Source: Acaryochloridaceae cyanobacterium VAR_48_metabat_390 (GTDB lineage Bacteria > Cyanobacteriota > Cyanobacteriia > Thermosynechococcales > Thermosynechococcaceae). Taken from it: a stretch of 18,288 nt of DNA. The notes beneath the pieces were generated by a model. That model worked only from the letters and a program-made list of their open reading frames with translations. It did not search any database and was not told the DNA's origin. Positions 12,874 to 18,288 of the stretch are shown piece by piece (within the stretch, counting starts at the first letter, position 1; every line of letters begins with the position of its first letter). The DNA is taken from the NCBI GenBank assembly GCA_031422435.1, contig JANPLU010000098.1, forward strand, positions 1 through 18,288. The letters are read 5' to 3'. Both the position numbers and the translations under genes were made by a program.

Positions 12874-13339
12874 ATGGCAGTCTATTTTGTCGATAGTAGT
12901 GCTCTTGTTAAGCGATACATCAACGAAACAGGCTCTCAGTGAATATTGAATTTATGTAATCCTGCCTCGAATCACGACATTGTTATTGCCGCGATCGCAG
13001 GGGTTGAAATTACTGCTGCCATAACGCGACGTGCAAAAGGCGGCAGTATTGCCTTAGAAGATGCTGTTGCCCTATGTCATCAATTCAGGATTGATCTAGA
13101 AACTGACTACCAAGTCATTAAAATTTAGTGATCGCATTATTACTGCTGTCATGAACCTAGCTCAAGCCCAAGGATTGCGAGGCTACGATGTAGTTCAACT
13201 TGCGGCGGCATGTGCTGTCAATAGTCTGTGTATTGAGAACAGCTTACCCCTCGTAACGTTTGTTTCCGCAGATAATGAGCTAAACGAAGCAGCGATGAGA
13301 GAAAGATTGAAGGTTGAAAATCCTAATCATTATTTGTGA
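12874..13339 (+). pseudogene. vapC: VapC/PIN-domain toxin with a nonsense codon and a +1 frameshift
   Basis: MAVYFVDSSALVKRYINETGSQ then TGA at 12940-12942 (likely from TGG). Continues ...GVEITAAITRR..., with an extra T at 13124-13126, then ...GLRGYDVVQLAAA...FVSADNELNEAA...ENPNHYL*. PIN acidic residues (DSSA, E, D, SAD) are recognisable. Span is 466 nt (3n+1). Confidence 0.88.
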
Positions 13340-13425
13340 TTGAAGGCGATCGCCGAAATGCAAAGGTATTCACATTAATTGCAAGAGAAGTCGTCGAAAA
13401 CGCCAGCCGAAAAACACTGAAACCA

Positions 13426-13684
13426 TCTGCATACATAACCTAGGCAGCAATAAATATATGCGGAAGCGTATCTGTCTACATGCTAAGAATGAGGATATGA
13501 GCGGATATATCTGCCTATATGACCAAATAAGCTATACGGGTGGATACAATCTACCTATATAGTTAAAACAGAGATCATAGATAGACAACTACCCGTCCAT
13601 ATGCCAAATTGGATGATACAAGTGAGCTGTTATCTATACTAAACAGCATAAAGAGTGATATGAACGGATACTGTCCCCCTAATT
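13426..13684. repeat. Phased array of about 6 degenerate palindromes with ~41-bp period
   Basis: Left half-sites: 13454 ATATATGCGGA, 13495 ATATGAGCGGA, 13534 ATACGGGTGGA, 13575 TCATAGATAGA, 13616 ATACAAGTGAG, 13658 ATATGAACGGA. Right half-sites: 13426 TCTGCATACAT, 13471 TCTGTCTACAT, 13510 TCTGCCTATAT, 13550 TCTACCTATAT, 13592 CCCGTCCATAT, plus weak ones at 13633 and 13674. Confidence 0.7.
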
Positions 13685-13702
13685 CCTAATGAAGAGTTAG
13701 GC
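13685..13702 (+). mobile_element. attI-like integron simple site (core GTTAGGC at 13696-13702)
   Basis: CCTAA-TGAAGAG-TTAGG(C) has the same arms and 7-nt spacing as class 1 attI1 (CCTAA-AACAAAG-TTAGGC). It contains a GTTRRRY core ending 45 bp before the cassette ORF. No attC-type hairpin is seen upstream of it. Confidence 0.65.
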
Positions 13703-13747
13703 TTTACAATTTAACCCACACCAAAGCTGCACATTTCTAATCACTCT

Positions 13748-14503
13748 ATGACCAAGCCCATAGTCTTCGTAAGCCACGCTGCAATTGACTCGGAAATCGC
13801 ATCGGCCTTTAAAGACGATGCTGAAGGAAGCTTCCTTGGATTGTGTGATCTATTTGTTTCTTCAAATCTCGACAGCATTGCGGGCGGCACCGAGTGGATC
13901 AAAGAAATCAAGAGCAATCTTGAGCGTGCTACAATATTTGTTGGTCTTCTTTCCCCAATAGCTATCCAAAGACCTTGGATCTACGTTGAGTTTGGTGCTG
14001 GCTGGATTCGATCAATACCAACAATCGCGGTATGCCACTCAGGCCTTGCTCGCGATCAACTGCCAGTACCCTTATCCAATTTTCAAGCGCTGAATCTTCT
14101 TGACGAGTTGCACCTTCGACATCTGTATGAGCAGATCAGTACAGCCATAGGTTGCAAACTCCCTCTTTCGGACTTCACTGGGTTCGTTGGTAAATACCGA
14201 TTAATTACCGAGGAGCATCGCATTTCCAGGGTCGTTCGCGAGTGGTGGGCGCGCCTGCTTTCATGGAATCCTGAGCTTCCTCGGCTCACCACCGAAGAAC
14301 AGCTTGAAATACTCATACCTGCCGATGCCGATGTAGCATTCCGGCAAATACAAAATTTGTTTTCAAGTGAAAAACTCTTGGATTTTGAATCAAGAGGAAT
14401 AGCAATGGGAACCCCTGTAGGTATGCAAGCGTCAGTCTGGATTGTTCGTAAAGGACAGGAGTATTCGAGACTTCTAATCCCTCCTGCCCCTGGCAAGGCA
14501 TAG
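13748..14503 (+). CDS. TIR-domain protein (TIR_2-like, 251 aa) in an integron gene cassette; probable anti-phage NADase or signalling protein
   Basis: N-terminal VFVSHAAID (TIR FxSY/H box 1), SIAGGTEWIKEIKSNLERATIFVGLLSP, and WIYVE with Glu81 at the catalytic WxxxE position. The C-terminal ~110 aa is not recognised. Confidence 0.85.
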   Translation: MTKPIVFVSHAAIDSEIASAFKDDAEGSFLGLCDLFVSSNLDSIAGGTEWIKEIKSNLERATIFVGLLSPIAIQRPWIYVEFGAGWIRSIPTIAVCHSGLARDQLPVPLSNFQALNLLDELHLRHLYEQISTAIGCKLPLSDFTGFVGKYRLITEEHRISRVVREWWARLLSWNPELPRLTTEEQLEILIPADADVAFRQIQNLFSSEKLLDFESRGIAMGTPVGMQASVWIVRKGQEYSRLLIPPAPGKA

Positions 14504-14526
14504 CCTGTGCAGCAAGGTGCGGTACG

Positions 14527-14584
14527 GTCTAACACCTCGTTGCAGCCAACTGCCTTCGGCGGCGGCTGAACTCAAACATTAGAC
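14527..14584 (+). mobile_element. Integron attC site (58 bp)
   Basis: R'' GTCTAAC (14527-14533, RYYYAAC), 5-nt spacer, L'' GTTGCAGC (14539-14546, with extra-helical base), short terminal hairpin CTGCC-TTC-GGCGG, L' GCTGAAC (14565-14571), 6-nt spacer, R' ATTAGAC (14578-14584, GTTRRRY with G>A). Lies 23 bp after the TIR stop codon. Confidence 0.85.
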
Positions 14585-14794
14585 AGAACAAAATTTTGAG
14601 TAAACTAACTCAATGAAAAAATTGTTTCAAAACCAGCGATCGCATTTGTTTTTGCGACAGCAAGCGATCAATCTACGGTGCCCTAGGGGGAAGGTGATCG
14701 TTTTTACATGAATTGGTAGAAATGCGCTGAGGGTAATCGTATCTGTTTGTGCTGGAGTAGGCGATCGCTTTGGCGCTTATGCCGATGAATGCGA

Positions 14795-15058
14795 TTAGGC
14801 GATGGTGTTATCTTGCGATCTCAACCAATCATTCAAATCGGATAATGTAGAGAAATCTAGTAGTGCCTCGCCCAAAGAATCAAGCTCAGTAAATGATAGT
14901 GCCAGAACCTGCGATCGCGCTTTTTGGGAAACTTTGCCAACCTGACGTTCAAGCATTCGGAGGATCAGCAATCGCTCGTGATCTAAACCCTCCTGTTTGC
15001 CCTCCTGTAGTGCCTCCTGATAGACCTTTGTTTTTTTAAGTTCACTTAAGCCAAACAT
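14795..15058 (-). CDS. Putative nested in-frame small protein (RpnS-like, 87 aa) from an internal start
   Basis: Minus strand reads GAGGAG-attgagcgt-ATG (SD 15073-15068, 9-nt spacer, ATG 15058) at the boundary between the nuclease domain and the C-terminal domain. Confidence 0.5.
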   Translation of the reverse strand: MFGLSELKKTKVYQEALQEGKQEGLDHERLLILRMLERQVGKVSQKARSQVLALSFTELDSLGEALLDFSTLSDLNDWLRSQDNTIA

Positions 15059-15652
15059 ACGCTCAATCTCCTCTCGACTTAGTGCTGGAAACTTATAAAC
15101 AACAATCGTCTCTATCAACTTTATTATCGCTGTAGTCTTAGGATTTGTCTGGCCCTGGGCATCTGTCCTACATAAAAGCAATTGAACTTGAGCGACCGCT
15201 TTCTTGGGGCTTGCCAGAATCAACTGGACTAAGCCAATCCCCAAAGCCCCACTATCCTTAAGCTCATTCAGATAAACGCGATGAACTTGGTCACTGTTCA
15301 ACTGCGCCCGATGTAGATGTTGTTCATCTGTTTCAACCTTACGATTCGGAAATATTACAGCAGCCTTCCAATCCACGGTTTTAGGATGCTGAGCCAAATA
15401 CAGTCCAATTTCGGCAAAAAAACGATGATAAAAATGTTCATCCTTTTGAAACTGAACCTCTACAAACCAAACCGTTTGATCAGGTGCATCCGGCTTAGGT
15501 AGCAATACGCCATCAATCCGAAAAGCCAATTGCTTAATCTCAACCGAACGAAACTCATACCCTTGTGCCCGGTCGGAAGATTGCTCCAATAACTCAAAAA
15601 GGATGCCAGGGTCGGTTTGAAATATGCGATAGAAAATGGAATCTGTTTTCAA
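14795..15652 (-). CDS. Rpn family recombination-promoting nuclease/putative transposase (DUF2887-type) with C-terminal DUF4351
   Basis: Start taken at TTG 15652 (MKTDSIFYRIFQ, the usual N-terminus of this family). Nuclease motifs FRSVEIKQLAFRIDGV and FVEVQFQKD; IETIVVYKFP; DUF4351-like end LSFTELDSLGEALLDFSTLSDLNDWL. Confidence 0.9.
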   Translation of the reverse strand: MKTDSIFYRIFQTDPGILFELLEQSSDRAQGYEFRSVEIKQLAFRIDGVLLPKPDAPDQTVWFVEVQFQKDEHFYHRFFAEIGLYLAQHPKTVDWKAAVIFPNRKVETDEQHLHRAQLNSDQVHRVYLNELKDSGALGIGLVQLILASPKKAVAQVQLLLCRTDAQGQTNPKTTAIIKLIETIVVYKFPALSREEIERMFGLSELKKTKVYQEALQEGKQEGLDHERLLILRMLERQVGKVSQKARSQVLALSFTELDSLGEALLDFSTLSDLNDWLRSQDNTIA

Positions 15653-16079
15653 ACGGTGCAAAGATCCAGAAAAGCTTCTGCTATTTTACTGGGCAACGGT
15701 CGACCAATCCATGGCTTGGAGACATTGTCAATACGACATTCAATCATTCAGATGATCGATGATTGTTGGAATATTTATGGTCGAAAAGGCGATTGTTTTG
15801 TCTTAGATTGGGCCTATCCGTCACCTTTACATGATTTGGTAGAGATATGAACGCCCTGTGGTTTATTGCGGTGAGAGTAATCGTATCTGCTTTTGCTGAA
15901 GAAGGCGATCGCTCTTTAACCTCTGAAGAACAGCCCAATCACCTGTTGCATCCCATTCATCAGTTAAGAAGCCACAGCTTGCTTTTGTAAAGCACCATCA
16001 GACGTTCCCTACAAACTATCGGGAAGTTTTGCCATGAGTTTTGCTGTGTCTGGATTCAGAGTTAGGTAAAGAACCGAAT

Positions 16080-16176
16080 ATATAGCAGTTGCCAACTTCG
16101 TTAGGACATTTTCCTGTTGTGAGAGCTGTAGTCTTATTCCATCTGAATGTCTTAAGCGCTCTGTCTACTGCTATAT
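16080..16176. mobile_element. MITE-like or short dispersed element with bipartite 31-bp terminal inverted repeats
   Basis: Left end ATATAGCAGT-N11-TTAGGACATT (16080-16110). Right end read inward ATATAGCAGT-N11-TTAAGACATT (16176-16146). TA-rich ends are compatible with an IS630-type TA target. Confidence 0.65.
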
Positions 16177-16304
16177 CGGCTTTGGCGATCGTGTCTTACC
16201 CAGTTCGCTCAGTACCATTAACCTTAATACTCGCATCTCAATCAACCAATTTTTAATCGGACTATTGACCAAGCTGAAGTCCCAGAATCCTGATGACAAG
16301 ATAG

Positions 16305-16340
16305 AAAAAGCCGTCGATGGCATCCCCCATTGACGGCTTT
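16305..16340 (-). terminator. Intrinsic terminator of alaS
   Basis: Minus strand hairpin with arms AAAGCCGTCAATGG and CCATCGACGGC followed by TTTTT, about 50 bp downstream of the alaS stop. Confidence 0.75.
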
Positions 16341-16390
16341 GCTCGGGAGATAAACCCTAATTTGTGTGGATTGCCCTGACGTTTCGCTTG

Positions 16391-18288
16391 TTACTTACTT
16401 AAATCATTCATAAGCTGCTGCTTTGCTTGAGCGAATGCCTCTGGCAGCTTGTCAGGGTCACGTCCCCCCGCTTGGGCTAAATTGGGTCGCCCGCCGCCGC
16501 CACCGCCACAGATTTTGGCAATACCGCCAATAAACTTTCCTGCCTGTAATCCTTTTTTAATCACGCTAGGGCTAAACGCCGCCACTAAGCTAACCTTCTG
16601 CGCTTCAGGAGCCGACCCTAGCACCACTGCACCTTCACCGAGTTTTTGCAGCAGTCGTTCAGCCGCTGCTTGTAGAGAAACCGGATCGACTCCCTCCAGT
16701 TCCGCCACCACCAGCTTAAAGTCGCCAATGGTTTCAGCCTGGTCTAAAAGCTGGGTAGATTTTACTAAAGCCAGTTCTGACTTAAGCGCTTCAAGCTGTT
16801 TCTGCGTGGTTTTGAGTTCGGTTTGAAGGTTGGTGACACGCTCTGTGAGTTCTTCGGGCTTGGCCTTAAAGCGATCGCCCAGTTCTCGCACCACGGCATC
16901 CCGTACATTCAGGTACTCCAGTACCGCTGGCCCTGCCACCGCCTCAATCCGACGCACACCAGAGGCAACACCTGTCTCAGACACAATCTTAAAGAGGCCT
17001 ATTTCGGCGGTATTGCGGACGTGGGTACCGCCACATAGCTCCATTGACACCCCAGGTACATCAATCACACGCACCTCGGCACCATATTTTTCGCCAAACA
17101 TAGCGACAGCGCCTTTTGCTTTGGCTTCCGCAATGGGCATTTCATCTGTGTGGGTGTCGTGGGCTTCAGCAATCCAGGTGTTGATTTGGTCTTCGATGCG
17201 CTGAAGTTCTTCGGCGGTTAAACCACGGGTGAAGTTATAGTCGAACCGCAGTTTGTCAAAACCAACTAAAGAACCTGCCTGACCGATGGATTCATCAATC
17301 AGCTTTTTGAGCGCCGCCTGCAATAGATGGGTTGCGGTGTGGTTGGCCTGAGCACGACGACGACAGGCACGGTCAATCTGAGCCGTGACGGTATCCCCAA
17401 CATTGATGGTAGCGCGCTCAATCCGACCGGAGTGAATGAATAACCCCGACTCTTTTTTAACGTCTTCAATACGAACCAGCATGTCACCGCCAGACAGATA
17501 GCCGCGATCGCCCACCTGTCCGCCAGACTCCGCATAAAACGGCGTTTGGTCTAAGGCAATCTGCACGAGGTTTCCGGCTTCAGCTACCGCGACAGATTTT
17601 CCATCCACTAAAATTGCAGTTACTTTTGCCACAGTGGAAGGTTCTGTGTAACCTAAAAATTCCGTTGGGGTAAGCTGTTCTGCCAGTTGACTGAGGGCAC
17701 CCTGTGCGGTTAGGTCAATGATTGCATGGGCACCACGAGCGCGAATCCGCTGCTGCTCCATCTCGTACTCAAACCCTTCTACGTCAACGCTCAGGCCCTC
17801 CTCTTCGGCAATTTCTTGAGTCAGCTCTAGGGGAAAGCCGTGGGTATCGTATAAAAGAAATGCATCATAACCAGAGACCTGTAGGGTTGGTAATAACTCA
17901 TCAGCCAAAAGTCTGCGAGGCTCATTTAGTAAACTACTTTGTGCTAGCCCTTCTTTCTCAAGATCAGTGGTTGGAAGAGGAGGATTTATGCCTTCTTTTT
18001 GAAGAAAAGCTTTTTGTCGCTCTTTTAGTCCTAGTAATTTATCTTTCAAAGCTTGTGAAGATAATGTCTTTGAAGAACTCTCAGAGATGATCTTTTGAAG
18101 AGTTTTCAAGCGCTCATCTTCATTAGGAGCATCTTCCCATTTCTGAAAAAGACTGAGAATCATTCTCCTTTTCATGTCTCTTTCATTATCTTCCTTCAGC
18201 GTTTCAAAAATGTCATAAAGGAGCTGTTCCCCTCTATCAAGAGTTTTCAAGAACTGTGCTTCTTCTCGCTCCAGTTCGGCCTTGATCG
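16391..18288 (-). CDS. alaS: Alanine--tRNA ligase (5'-truncated by window edge), with ~100-aa insertion
   Basis: Frame is open to the window edge ([20 protein letters not shown]). Motifs: [28 protein letters not shown], editing-site NHTATHLL and [16 protein letters not shown]-Ala [14 protein letters not shown]. Confidence 0.98.
   Translation of the reverse strand, partial: IKAELEREEAQFLKTLDRGEQLLYDIFETLKEDNERDMKRRMILSLFQKWEDAPNEDERLKTLQKIISESSSKTLSSQALKDKLLGLKERQKAFLQKEGINPPLPTTDLEKEGLAQSSLLNEPRRLLADELLPTLQVSGYDAFLLYDTHGFPLELTQEIAEEEGLSVDVEGFEYEMEQQRIRARGAHAIIDLTAQGALSQLAEQLTPTEFLGYTEPSTVAKVTAILVDGKSVAVAEAGNLVQIALDQTPFYAESGGQVGDRGYLSGGDMLVRIEDVKKESGLFIHSGRIERATINVGDTVTAQIDRACRRRAQANHTATHLLQAALKKLIDESIGQAGSLVGFDKLRFDYNFTRGLTAEELQRIEDQINTWIAEAHDTHTDEMPIAEAKAKGAVAMFGEKYGAEVRVIDVPGVSMELCGGTHVRNTAEIGLFKIVSETGVASGVRRIEAVAGPAVLEYLNVRDAVVRELGDRFKAKPEELTERVTNLQTELKTTQKQLEALKSELALVKSTQLLDQAETIGDFKLVVAELEGVDPVSLQAAAERLLQKLGEGAVVLGSAPEAQKVSLVAAFSPSVIKKGLQAGKFIGGIAKICGGGGGGRPNLAQAGGRDPDKLPEAFAQAKQQLMNDLSK

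Larger units (their letters stand above)
589..17511. repeat. Dispersed HIP1 octamers (GCGATCGC)
   Basis: Seen starting at 589, 4931, 5458, 5569, 9305, 9552, 11186, 11720, 12991, 13346, 14636, 14761, 14911, 15905, 16871 and 17504 (manual count, may be incomplete). This far exceeds chance for an 8-mer and is a cyanobacterial signature. Confidence 0.9.

Noticed and set aside
12634..13339. Short ORFs 12634-12831(-), 12946-13128(+) and 13151-13339(+) as independent genes
   Set aside because: The two plus-strand ORFs are fragments of the broken vapC. The minus-strand ORF is an antisense shadow of the antitoxin pseudogene.
13340..13450. Remnant of the intI 5' end on the minus strand
   Set aside because: The short minus-strand ATG ORF (MQMVSVFFGWRFRRLLLQLM*) shows no IntI N-terminal motif (LLDQVR…HYS..TE..Y).
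13426..13684. Possible CRISPR array
   Set aside because: Units are highly degenerate, inter-unit gaps are only about 13-14 nt, and no cas genes are present. Kept as a palindromic site array instead.
15565..15938. Small ORFs upstream of the Rpn gene
   Set aside because: They overlap each other or the Rpn gene and have no recognisable motifs or clear RBS, so they cannot be supported.
206..18090. Numerous 60-215 aa antisense or alternate-frame ORFs within rpoB, rpoC1, rpoC2, clpB, the TIR gene and alaS
   Set aside because: Expected shadow ORFs of long coding regions, with no independent evidence.
17885..18193. Intein or intron explanation for the AlaS insertion
   Set aside because: No Cys/Ser…His-Asn splice motifs or Hint blocks, no evident group I/II intron structure, and the frame is fully open.

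Overview
Cyanobacterial chromosomal window. The evidence is a split rpoC1/rpoC2, the large SI3 insertion in RpoC2 and at least 16 HIP1 GCGATCGC octamers. The left two-thirds is housekeeping: 3' part of rpoB, rpoC1, rpoC2, a bidirectional terminator, a secreted fasciclin (FAS1) protein and clpB. The right end is the 3' part of alaS, which carries an unusual in-frame insertion of about 100 aa. Between clpB and alaS is a ~4.3 kb accessory patch with five parts: (i) three adjacent point-inactivated genes (Uma2 nuclease, antitoxin, VapC/PIN toxin); (ii) an apparent integrase-less integron unit made of a ~41-bp-period array of degenerate palindromes, an attI1-like simple site, one gene cassette encoding a TIR-domain protein with the catalytic Glu, and a 58-bp attC whose R' core G is changed to A; (iii) HIP1 sites bracketing that unit; (iv) an Rpn/DUF2887-DUF4351 gene with an internal SD and ATG suggesting a nested antitoxin; (v) a small MITE-like element. 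All calls come from reading the sequence and recalled family motifs; no searches were run.
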